Shown: piece after piece, positions 36,018 to 44,650 of the stretch | Position numbering within the stretch: the first letter of the stretch is position 1 | Layout: every line of letters begins with the position of its first letter | Assembly (NCBI GenBank): GCA_964627215.1 | Contig: CAZVIZ010000002.1 | Location: 612 to 64,611, forward strand | Direction of reading: 5' to 3' | Source of the DNA: an uncultured Dehalococcoidales bacterium | Lineage (GTDB): Bacteria > Chloroflexota > Dehalococcoidia > Dehalococcoidales > E44-bin46 | Length of the DNA stretch: 64,000 nt | Translations under genes and position numbers: made by a program | Notes under the pieces: generated by a model | Seen by the model: only the letters and a program-made list of their open reading frames with translations | Told to the model about the DNA's origin: nothing | Databases searched by the model: none

Positions 36018-39000
36018 TTATACTCCCAAACTAGCTCTTACCATAGCGCCTATCTGTGTCTTGCTGAAGCCCCTCTGCTGGGCCGCCCCGGAAGGACAGG
36101 CCGCGCAGCAGGTTCCGCAGCCCTTACACAGGGCCTCGTTGACCTCGGCCACGCCTCGTTCTTTATTGACGTGGATGGCGCTGTAAGGACAGACCGTCTC
36201 GCAGGTGCCGCAGGCGGAGCACATGTCCTCGTCTATCGAGGATACTATGCCCTCGGCCATTATGGTCTCCTTGGCCAGGATGGTCCCGGCTCGGGATGCG
36301 GCGGCCTCGGCTTGCGTGATTATCTCGTCCAGCGACTTGGGTGCGTGGGCCAGCCCACAGAGGAACACGCCGTCTGTGGCGAAGTCCACTGGGCGCAGCT
36401 TGACGTGGGCCTCCAGGAAGAAGCCGTCTTCGTTTATAGGCACCTTGTAGAAGGTGGCTACCTCTTTGGCCTCCTCAACGGGCACTACGGACACGGACAG
36501 CGCCAGGATATCGGCGTCTATGGCTATGCTGTCTTCCAACACCGGGTCGTTGCCCTCTACCCTTATCATGTACCTTTCGCCCTGTCGCATCTGGGTGACC
36601 TTAGGCGGGTTGGCGGGGTCGTAGTTGATAAACATAACGCCTTGCCTGCGGGCCTCATGGTAGAAGTCCTCATTGAAGCCGTAGGTCCTTATGTCGCGGT
36701 AGAAGACGTAGATGTTCATGTCTGGCTTGAGGGCTTTAAGCTTCAGGGCGTTGGCGACCGCCTGGTTACAGCATGTCCTGCCGCAGTAGGGGCGTTTCTC
36801 GTTGCGGCAGCCCACGCACTGAATCATCACCAGGTTATCGCATTCCATTACGCTCTTGTCTTGCTTGACAATCACGTCCTCCAGCTCGGACTGGGTGAGC
36901 ACTCTGGGGTCCTTGCCGTAGAGGTATTCGCCCTCGGGCTTGTATTCCTCGGCGCCGCAGGCGACTATGGTGGCGCCGTGTTCTATTTTCTCCACGGCCA
37001 CGCCGCGGTGCCTCATCACCTCGGTGGTGAAGTTGCCCACGTACCCGTAGGCGTCCACTATCCAGGTGTCTGTGTTGACCTTGATGTTGGGGTTGTCATC
37101 AACCTGCTTTATCAGGTCTGCCAGGTAGGCCTGGACATTGTCGTTGGTGAGGGTGTAGTGCATCTTGCGGGTTATGCCGCCGAGCTCGGAGTTCTTCTCT
37201 ACTATGTGAACCTTGAAGCCCTGTTCGGCCAGAGTGAGCGCGCTCACCATGCCGGCCACGCCGCCGCCTATTACCAGGGCGGAGTGGTTTACAGGTATGA
37301 GCTGAGGAAGTAGCGACCTCTTGAGCGCTACCTTGGCTGCCGCCATGCGTACCAGGTCCTTGGCCTTGGCGGTGGCCGCCTCCGGCTCGTTCATGTGGAC
37401 CCAGGAGCATTGGTCGCGGATATTGGCCATCTCAAAGAGGTATTTGTTTAGCCCGGCCTCTCGTAATGTCTCCTGGAACAGGGGTTCGTGCGTCCTGGGG
37501 GTACAGGAGGCCACCACGAGGCGGTTGAGCTTGTTATCCAGTATGGCCTGCTTTATCTTGTCCTGGGTATCCGAGGAGCAGGTGTAGAGGTTGCAGTCGG
37601 CGAACTCCACTCCGGGCAGCGTCTTGGCGTATTCCGTAACTCCGGGGACGTCCAGGTAGCCGCCGATGTTGATGCCGCAGTGGCAGATAAACACGCCTAT
37701 CCTGGGCTCCTCGCCGGTTACGTTTCTTTCCTCGGGGTATTCCTTCTGGGTTGTCAGGGTGTTGCGCCCATCAGAGAGCAGGGCGGATACGCTTCCCGCC
37801 GCGCCGCTGGCTTGCATTACGGTCTCGGGGATGTCCTTGGGGCCCTGGAAGGCGCCGCAGACGAAAACGCCATCCCTTGACGTCTCCACCGGCGAGAAGG
37901 TGTCCGTGTGGGCGAAGCCGTATTTATTCAGCTGGACGTCCAGCCTCTTGGCCATGTCCACGGCGGGTGGCGAGGGGTCGAGCCCTACCGACAGCACCAC
38001 CAGGTCGAATTCGCGGGACTGGTTTCTGTCGTCTTCGCCGAGGAACTTGATCTTCAGGTTGCCTTCCTCTTCACCTGCCTCTATGCCGTAGACCTTGGCG
38101 CGGACGAAGTCTATGCCCTTCGCCTTGCCCTTCTCGTAGAACTTGTCAAAGTCCTTGCCGTGCGTTCTTATATCCATGTAGAAGATGGTCTCGTTTAGCT
38201 CGTAGTCGACATGCTCCTTGGCGATCATGCCTTCCTTGATGGCATAGGTACAGCATACGGAGGAGCAGTAGCCCCTGCCTATGCTCTCGTCCCTGGAGCC
38301 GACGCATTGTATCCAGGCGATGTTCTTAGGCTCCTTGCCGTCCGAAGGTCGTATCAAGTGGCCCTGGAAGGGGCCGGATGCCGAGAGCATCCTCTCGAAC
38401 TCTATGCTGGAGACCACGTTGGGGTACTTGCGGTATCCGTACTGGTATAGAGGGGTGGGGTCAAACTCGTCGAAGCCGGGGCAGAGTATCACCGAGCCCA
38501 CGTTAAGCTCTGCTATCTGGTCAGTCATATCGTGGGTTGTACTGGTGATGGCATCTGCTTGGCAGGCTACTACGCACTGCTTACACTCGCAGCAGAGACC
38601 GCAGTCCAGGCATCTGCCAGCCTCTTTGACTGCCTGCTCCTCCGTGAGTGCCAGCTCTATCTCCGTGTATCCCGCTCTCTTGTCCACAGATAGCACGGTT
38701 GCGTTCTCCCTGGCTTGTCGTTCCTCACCCCAGGGGATGAAGTCCAACTCGGCAGGGGTCTTGTCGGGGGCTGTCCTGCCCTCCTTCAAGTCCTTGCCCT
38801 CTATGAGGCGGGCGATGGACTCCGCCGCCCTGGCGCCTTCCGCCACCGCGCCCACCGCGATCCAGGGGCCGGTCTGGCAATCGCCGCCGGCGAAGACCCC
38901 ATCCTTTGAGGTCTGAAGGGTTATCTCATCTACCTTTACGGTGCCCTTCTTGGTGAGCTCTATGCCGCTCTTGGCGAAGGGTGATGTCTGAGGTGACTGT

Positions 39001-40481
39001 CCGATGGCGGGGATTATGATGTCCACCGGCATATCAAACTCGGAGCCCTCGATGGGCATGGGGCGTCTTCTGCCGCTGGCATCAGGCTCTCCAAGCTCCA
39101 TCTTGGTGCATTTAAGGGCAGCTACCTCGTTGCCCTTGGTTACTACCTCCAGTGGGGCTACCAGGTACTCTATCTTTATGCCCTCTTCCTCGGCGCCCTC
39201 TATCTCCTCGGCACGGGCGGGCATCTCCACCCTGGTGCGGCGGTATAGTATGGTGACATCATCGGCGCCCTGGCGCAGTGCCGAGCGAGCCGCATCTATG
39301 GCCACGTCTCCACCGCCCACCACCACCACCTTGCCCTTGGTCTTCACATCTTTACCCAGGTTTATGTCTCGGAGAAGCTCCACGCCGGGTATGACGCCCT
39401 TGGCGTCCTCGTTGGGTATGCCCAGCTTCTGGTCGCCGTGGGCACCCACGCCGATGAAGACCGCCTTGTAGCCCTTCTTCATAAGGTCTTCTATCTTGGT
39501 CTTATCGCCGATGGGGGAGTTGGTCTTTATCTCGATACCCAGGTCGGCTATCTCCTGTATCTCCTCCTTGAGGACGTCCTTGGGCAGGCGGTATCCGGGT
39601 ATGCCTACCTGGAGCATGCCGCCGGCCTTGGGTAGCGCCTCAAAGATAGTGGGCTGATAGCCCTGGAGCCTGAGGAAGTAGGCGCAGCTTAGGCCTGCCG
39701 GGCCTGAGCCGATTATGGCCACCTTGCCCTCTTTCTCCTCTATCTCCGGCTTGGTGTCCTGGCCCTTGGCGGTATCAGCGACGAAGCGCTTTATCTCGCG
39801 TATGGCCAGGGGTTCCTCTATCAGCTGTCGGTTACACTTCTCCTCGCAGGGGGCGGGGCATATACGGCCCAGCGCCCTGGGGATGGGAAGCTTTTCTTTC
39901 ATTACCTCAAGCGATTCGGCGAACTTGCCCTGGGAGCACAGCGCCACGTATCCCTGAACGTTGGTTCCCGCCGGGCAGGTGAGCGTGCACGGGGCTCTCT
40001 TTCTCTTGTCCACGGCGAAAGCGTTAGGGTAGGCCTGGGCGAAGGGGCGGTATACCGCCTTCCTCTCGGCTAGGCCCTGTTCAAACTCGCTGGGGGCCTC
40101 AATAGGGCAGACCTCGGCGCACTCGCCACAGCCTGTACACTTGCTCTCATCCACAAATCTGGGATGGCGCACTATCTTGGCCTTGAAGTCGCCTGGCAGC
40201 CCGTCTACCTCCATAAGCTCGGAGCAGGTGAGCAGCTCTATATTGGGGTGCCTCCCGCATTCAATAAGCTTAGGGGATAGGATACACATGGAACAGTCCA
40301 GTGTGGGGAAGGTCTTGTCCAGCTGGGCCATCACACCGCCTATAGCGGGGGATTTCTCCACCAGGTAGACCTTATATCCAGCCTCGGCGAGGTCAAGCGA
40401 TGCCTGGATGCCGCCGATGCCGCCCCCCACCACCATCACCGCCCCGATAGTCTTATCAGACTTCTTAGCACATTCTTGCAT
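36018..40481 (-). CDS. giant HdrA-like flavoprotein fusion: HdrA N-domain, GltD/NfnB-like NAD(P)H module, HdrA core, then a second complete HdrA-like unit with C-terminal ferredoxin
   Basis: 1487-aa uninterrupted ORF with three dinucleotide-binding GxGxxG sites (VVGGGIGG, IIGSGPAG plus VVGGGDVA, VIGGGVAG). It has the HdrA signatures CVGSRD..YCSSVCC and CVGCRN..YCGRTCC. The GltD-type Fe-S lead-in is CP..GRICPAPCEEKC. Several CxxCxxCxxxCP motifs are also present. Confidence 0.85.
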   Translation of the reverse strand: MQECAKKSDKTIGAVMVVGGGIGGIQASLDLAEAGYKVYLVEKSPAIGGVMAQLDKTFPTLDCSMCILSPKLIECGRHPNIELLTCSELMEVDGLPGDFKAKIVRHPRFVDESKCTGCGECAEVCPIEAPSEFEQGLAERKAVYRPFAQAYPNAFAVDKRKRAPCTLTCPAGTNVQGYVALCSQGKFAESLEVMKEKLPIPRALGRICPAPCEEKCNRQLIEEPLAIREIKRFVADTAKGQDTKPEIEEKEGKVAIIGSGPAGLSCAYFLRLQGYQPTIFEALPKAGGMLQVGIPGYRLPKDVLKEEIQEIADLGIEIKTNSPIGDKTKIEDLMKKGYKAVFIGVGAHGDQKLGIPNEDAKGVIPGVELLRDINLGKDVKTKGKVVVVGGGDVAIDAARSALRQGADDVTILYRRTRVEMPARAEEIEGAEEEGIKIEYLVAPLEVVTKGNEVAALKCTKMELGEPDASGRRRPMPIEGSEFDMPVDIIIPAIGQSPQTSPFAKSGIELTKKGTVKVDEITLQTSKDGVFAGGDCQTGPWIAVGAVAEGARAAESIARLIEGKDLKEGRTAPDKTPAELDFIPWGEERQARENATVLSVDKRAGYTEIELALTEEQAVKEAGRCLDCGLCCECKQCVVACQADAITSTTHDMTDQIAELNVGSVILCPGFDEFDPTPLYQYGYRKYPNVVSSIEFERMLSASGPFQGHLIRPSDGKEPKNIAWIQCVGSRDESIGRGYCSSVCCTYAIKEGMIAKEHVDYELNETIFYMDIRTHGKDFDKFYEKGKAKGIDFVRAKVYGIEAGEEEGNLKIKFLGEDDRNQSREFDLVVLSVGLDPSPPAVDMAKRLDVQLNKYGFAHTDTFSPVETSRDGVFVCGAFQGPKDIPETVMQASGAAGSVSALLSDGRNTLTTQKEYPEERNVTGEEPRIGVFICHCGINIGGYLDVPGVTEYAKTLPGVEFADCNLYTCSSDTQDKIKQAILDNKLNRLVVASCTPRTHEPLFQETLREAGLNKYLFEMANIRDQCSWVHMNEPEAATAKAKDLVRMAAAKVALKRSLLPQLIPVNHSALVIGGGVAGMVSALTLAEQGFKVHIVEKNSELGGITRKMHYTLTNDNVQAYLADLIKQVDDNPNIKVNTDTWIVDAYGYVGNFTTEVMRHRGVAVEKIEHGATIVACGAEEYKPEGEYLYGKDPRVLTQSELEDVIVKQDKSVMECDNLVMIQCVGCRNEKRPYCGRTCCNQAVANALKLKALKPDMNIYVFYRDIRTYGFNEDFYHEARRQGVMFINYDPANPPKVTQMRQGERYMIRVEGNDPVLEDSIAIDADILALSVSVVPVEEAKEVATFYKVPINEDGFFLEAHVKLRPVDFATDGVFLCGLAHAPKSLDEIITQAEAAASRAGTILAKETIMAEGIVSSIDEDMCSACGTCETVCPYSAIHVNKERGVAEVNEALCKGCGTCCAACPSGAAQQRGFSKTQIGAMVRASLGV

Positions 40482-40496
40482 TACTTACTTCCTCCT

Positions 40497-40976
40497 CTAG
40501 GCTTTAACCTTCTCCTTGCCCAATGCTCCGTCCGCAAGCTGAGCCACCTCTTGGTTGGAGGGTTCAGCCTTCTTGTCCAGTATGGATAGCACCATGCCGT
40601 GGCGCAGACGCTGCGCGAAGGAGTCTATCTCTCTTATCTTGTCTACGAAAGAAGGATGGACGTAACCTTCCCGTACCGCCAGGCTCCGTAGCGCCTTCAT
40701 CACATCGGCGAAGTCCACGCATTGGGGGCAGTGGGCCTGGCAGGTGTAGCACTGCGAGCAGAGCCAGATTGTGTTGGAGGACAGAACCTCCTTCTTCATT
40801 CCTAGTAGCACCATGCGAATTATCTGTCTGGGGTTGTATTTGGGGTCAATGTCGGATACAGGACAGCTGGCGGTGCAGAGTCCGCAGGCGAAGCAGTGCT
40901 TGAGGTTATCGCCACCCGGTTCCGCGGCTACATCGTATTTGAACTTGCTGTCCAGTTCGTTTAAGACTATTGTCAT
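40497..40976 (-). CDS. hdrC: HdrC-like 2x[4Fe-4S] protein
   Basis: Motifs CFACGLCTASCP and CSQCYTCQAHCP, with spacing and length typical of heterodisulfide reductase subunit C. An AGGAGGAGG SD lies upstream. Confidence 0.8.
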   Translation of the reverse strand: MTIVLNELDSKFKYDVAAEPGGDNLKHCFACGLCTASCPVSDIDPKYNPRQIIRMVLLGMKKEVLSSNTIWLCSQCYTCQAHCPQCVDFADVMKALRSLAVREGYVHPSFVDKIREIDSFAQRLRHGMVLSILDKKAEPSNQEVAQLADGALGKEKVKA

Positions 40977-41072
40977 CTTCCTCCTCCTTAAAAGTCTTTA
41001 GTTTAATCCCTTTCAGTTAGTCCCTCTGGTTATGGAATATTCACCTCTATTGGTTAAGGAACTCTCCAAAGT

Positions 41073-41966
41073 TCACTGCAGTCCAGCGGCCTCCAGAATC
41101 TCTGGGACCCTGTCCTCCTTGCCAATGAACATGATGTGGGTTCCGTCACACAGTTTTTCTTCCTTGGCCTTTCTTATCAGCCTGCCGGCTATCTCTATCC
41201 CCTTCTGGATTCCGGTGCCCTTGGGGGCCTCGGACAGCTCATCTATCATGTATTGGGGCACGAAGATGCCGGGGACGTGGTCGTTCATGTAGGCTGCCAT
41301 CTTGGCGCCGGTAGCTGGCACTATGCCCAGCAGAACCTTAACCTTGTCGTCCCACTTGCGTACCGCCTCCGTGAACCGCTTTATCTCCTCCAGCTCATAG
41401 ACGGCCTGTGTCTGTATGAAGTCCACACCGGTGTCAAGCTTCTTCTTAACCCTTATCATCTGCGGCTCTATGGGATCCGCCGATGGGGTGGTGGAGCAGC
41501 CGATGCAGAAGTCGGTCTTGCCGTGAAGCTCATGGCCCTCCATGTCCTTGCCCGAGTTCAAGGTGTGGACCATATGGATTAGCTGGGTGGAGTCCAGGTC
41601 GAACACTTGCTTGGCCTCGGGGTGATCGCCCACGTCTATGGAGTCTCCGGTGAGGCAGAGGACGTTGCGTATCCCCCGCGACCAGGCGAAGAGCAGGTCA
41701 GCCTGCAGGGCCAGGCGGTTGCGGTCGCGGCAGGTCATCTGTAAAACAGGCTCGCCGTCGTTCTCTTTTATGAGAAGGCATACGCCGACGGATGGATAGC
41801 GCATGACCGAGCTTTGATTGTCGGTCACATTCAGGCCGTCCACCTTGTCCTTGAGTATCTTGATGTGCTCCATTGAGTGGTCTGTGTTGGCACCCTTTAA
41901 GGGGGCCGCCTCAGCGGTGACCACAAAGTCCTTGGTTTTCAGTACTTCTCTTAAATCCTTCGCCAT
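41073..41966 (-). CDS. metF: methylenetetrahydrofolate reductase, acetogen type (copy 2)
   Basis: Motifs TDNQSSVMRY, MTCRDRNR, LCLTGD and IQTQAVYE. It is a diverged paralogue of the 19077-19958 gene. Confidence 0.85.
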   Translation of the reverse strand: MAKDLREVLKTKDFVVTAEAAPLKGANTDHSMEHIKILKDKVDGLNVTDNQSSVMRYPSVGVCLLIKENDGEPVLQMTCRDRNRLALQADLLFAWSRGIRNVLCLTGDSIDVGDHPEAKQVFDLDSTQLIHMVHTLNSGKDMEGHELHGKTDFCIGCSTTPSADPIEPQMIRVKKKLDTGVDFIQTQAVYELEEIKRFTEAVRKWDDKVKVLLGIVPATGAKMAAYMNDHVPGIFVPQYMIDELSEAPKGTGIQKGIEIAGRLIRKAKEEKLCDGTHIMFIGKEDRVPEILEAAGLQ

Positions 41967-41976
41967 CCTTCGTCTC

Positions 41977-42636
41977 CTAAGCCTTCATCGCTTCTATCCT
42001 ACCCGGTCGCTTTACGGCGCGGTGGTTCTTGGGCGGGTAGTACGTTTCCATAAGCTCCAGCCTACCTTGTTTGGCTAAGCGGTCGTATATCAGCGTCCAG
42101 GCGCAGTCCTTCTCCTGGTCTATCTCACACTTGCCGCCTTTCCTGGTACCGCCGCAGGGGCCGTTTAAGAGACCCTTGGCGCAGCGCACCATGGGGCAGA
42201 CGGCGCCGGTCTTATCCAGGACGCAGTCGCCGCAGTGGCCACAGTTTTCCAACCACAGGCCCTCGCCCTCGGGACGCCCCAGGAAGGTGGTGTTGACGCC
42301 AGGTACTACTGGAGTGTCTTCAAACACCTCGGCGGTGGTCTGTATCCCTGCCCCGCAGGCCAAGGATATCACCACCTCTGCCGCCTCCACCTGGTCCTTT
42401 ATGTCTTCCAGCATCTCCTTCTCGCACTGTCTTTCCACGGTGGCTTCAACCAGGTCTATCGCTTGGCCTGCCTTCTCGCGGGCTAGCTTTATCTGCGATG
42501 CCAGGATTCCCACCTCTTTCTCGCCACCTGCCCAGCAGATGGCCACGCAGGTGTCACAGCCTAAAAGGAGCACCTTCTTGTAGGGAGCTATCATGTTCAG
42601 TATCTGCTCAAAGGGCTTTCTTTCCGCTATTATCAT
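41977..42636 (-). CDS. metV: MetV-type Cys-rich partner subunit (copy 2)
   Basis: Motifs LGCDTCVAIC, LACGAGIQ and CGHCGDC...CPMVRCAKGLLNGPCGG. It is paralogous to the 19987-20655 gene. Confidence 0.8.
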   Translation of the reverse strand: MIIAERKPFEQILNMIAPYKKVLLLGCDTCVAICWAGGEKEVGILASQIKLAREKAGQAIDLVEATVERQCEKEMLEDIKDQVEAAEVVISLACGAGIQTTAEVFEDTPVVPGVNTTFLGRPEGEGLWLENCGHCGDCVLDKTGAVCPMVRCAKGLLNGPCGGTRKGGKCEIDQEKDCAWTLIYDRLAKQGRLELMETYYPPKNHRAVKRPGRIEAMKA

Positions 42637-43025
42637 GATTTCACCGCCTCTCCCTTTATTCTCTGGTTCATATCTTTGACTATCTTTACGAACTTATGGG
42701 GGGCGTTGGCAGCCAGTTTAGCCATGGCCACGCGGTTACCGTCTATGCCTGCCTCATTGAGCAGTTTCTCGGAGTAGTTTACCCTCTCTTCTGCTCTCGA
42801 GTTTCCGGTGAGATGCTTACACAGGTCCTCCTCGCACCCCAGCACCAGGACCCCTTCAGCACCCTCTTCCATAGCCTTGAGGATATGGAGGATATCCACC
42901 CGTCCGGCGCAGGGGACGCGGATAACCCTCAAGTTATCGGGGCATTCCAGCTCTTGCTTGCCCGCCGCATCGGCGGCCAAGTAGGCGGAGTGTTGACAAC
43001 AGAAAGCTACAATTTTTCCGTTCAT
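42633..43025 (-). CDS. mvhD: MvhD/FlxD-like subunit (copy 2)
   Basis: Motifs IVAFCCQHSAYLAADAAG and VPCAGRVD...GCEEDLCKH. It has 4-nt overlaps with both neighbouring genes. Confidence 0.8.
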   Translation of the reverse strand: MNGKIVAFCCQHSAYLAADAAGKQELECPDNLRVIRVPCAGRVDILHILKAMEEGAEGVLVLGCEEDLCKHLTGNSRAEERVNYSEKLLNEAGIDGNRVAMAKLAANAPHKFVKIVKDMNQRIKGEAVKS

Positions 43026-44650
43026 GATGCTCCTATCGCTTCTATTTGTGCCATTATTTGCTCGTCGCTATAGCCCTCAAAGGTTATGGCCTTCACTGGG
43101 CAGATAGCGGCGCAGATACCGCACTGGTCACAGGCTAGCGGCTGAATCTCGGCCGCCATGCTGTCACCGTTCGCGCCATTTACCTCTATGGCCTTATGTG
43201 GGCAGACCCGCACGCAGGTCAGGCAGACGACGCATTTCTGGGGATCGACCTTCACCCTATCTGCCTCCACGGATACCTCTTCCTGGGAGAGTAGCGCGTA
43301 GACCTTGGCCGCCACACTGGTGATATCGGTCATCAAGCGGGTTATGTCCAGGTCGCCGCGGCAGCTGCCGGCGAAAAGTATGCCCTTTCTCTCCGAGAGG
43401 ACGGGGTATAGATGGACGTTTTCCTCCTGGTAGAAGCCCTTGGAGTCCGTTCCCACCTTGGTCATGGCGCTCAAGGCTTCAGCATCCTTGGCGGGGAGGA
43501 TACTCTCCTCGGCCACGAGCAGGTCGCAGCTTAGAGAGATGTCGTCTCCCAGTAGGGGATCCGTGGCCTCTATCTTCACCTGACCGTTAACCGAGACTAC
43601 CTTAGGGGACTCGTCGTATTTTATAAATATCACGCCGTTGCCCCTGGCGTCGCGGTATAACTTCTCTATACCCTCGCTATCTACTTTGACGCTCTTACAG
43701 AAGACGTAGACCTCGCTGCCCCAACGCTGGCGTATATCCATGGCGTTATTCAGGGTGGCCAGGGTAGATAGGCGTGAGTTCTCGTCGGAGACGTCAAACA
43801 TGAAGGCTATTGTGTGGGGGTTCTCCCCCGGCACTTCTCCCTCCAGCATCTTGGCTAGGCCCATCTGTGTAGTGACCTTTGTCCCGCACACGGGGAAGTC
43901 GCTTGCGGAGACCTCCGGCCTGTAGCCGGTGGCCAGGACCATAGCGCCGCACTTACGCAGGGACTTTTCGCCGTCCTTTTTCACCTCTGCGGTGAAGCGG
44001 CCGGCGTTGCCCTTGACGTCTAAAAGCTCTGTGGAGGTGAGCACGTCTATGTTCTTATCCTTCTTTACGGCATTTACCAGGGCATCAGTTTCTTGGCCGC
44101 CCATCGTCTCCATCTGCCGTATCTTGCCGCCCAGGTCGTTCTCTTTTTCCACCAGGGTGGTCTTGATGCCCATTCGCGCTAGTTCCAGCGCGGTGCTCAT
44201 TCCGGAGAAGCCGCCGCCTATAACCATGGCCTCCTGGTTAACCGGCACCTCGGTGGTTTCCACCGGCTGGAGCAGCCTGGCGCGGCTGATCGCCATCATT
44301 ACAGCCTCCAGGGCGGCGTTTGTCGCATCCCCCTTAGTGGCCCAGGAGCACTGCTCCTTGATGTTGGCCATTGCTAGTATGTTGGATTCCATGCGCAGCT
44401 TTTTAAGCAGCTCGGTGAAATGCTTCTCATAGAACGACGGCGAGCAGCCAGCGATGACAATCCTGTTTATGTCCTCGGTGAGGATACGGGACGCTATCGC
44501 CTTTTCACCCTCGTTGGTGCATAGGTCATGGGCGATATCGACAAAGGCCACATCGTCCAGACCTTCCAGCGACTTACCGAGCTTGGCGAAGTCTATATTT
44601 TTCAGACCCTCCTCGCAGTCGCAGAGGAAAATACCTAACTTTACGCGCAT
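43022..44650 (-). CDS. HdrA-like flavoprotein, C-terminal-type unit (inserted-ferredoxin-like domain, FAD domain and 2x[4Fe-4S])
   Basis: N-terminal LGIFLCDCEEG...IAGCSP...ANIKEQCSW, then VIGGGFSGMSTALELA, and C-terminal CVVCLTCVRVCP plus CDQCGICAAICP. It is collinear with the second half of the 1487-aa fusion. Confidence 0.8.
   Translation of the reverse strand: MRVKLGIFLCDCEEGLKNIDFAKLGKSLEGLDDVAFVDIAHDLCTNEGEKAIASRILTEDINRIVIAGCSPSFYEKHFTELLKKLRMESNILAMANIKEQCSWATKGDATNAALEAVMMAISRARLLQPVETTEVPVNQEAMVIGGGFSGMSTALELARMGIKTTLVEKENDLGGKIRQMETMGGQETDALVNAVKKDKNIDVLTSTELLDVKGNAGRFTAEVKKDGEKSLRKCGAMVLATGYRPEVSASDFPVCGTKVTTQMGLAKMLEGEVPGENPHTIAFMFDVSDENSRLSTLATLNNAMDIRQRWGSEVYVFCKSVKVDSEGIEKLYRDARGNGVIFIKYDESPKVVSVNGQVKIEATDPLLGDDISLSCDLLVAEESILPAKDAEALSAMTKVGTDSKGFYQEENVHLYPVLSERKGILFAGSCRGDLDITRLMTDITSVAAKVYALLSQEEVSVEADRVKVDPQKCVVCLTCVRVCPHKAIEVNGANGDSMAAEIQPLACDQCGICAAICPVKAITFEGYSDEQIMAQIEAIGAS

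Noticed and set aside
35910-37313. 467-aa ORF on the + strand opposite the giant hdrA-like gene
   Set aside because: It lies entirely antisense to a strongly motif-supported CDS. It has low-complexity Gly/Ala/Val/His/Leu-rich composition typical of shadow ORFs in GC-rich DNA, and no recognisable motif or RBS.
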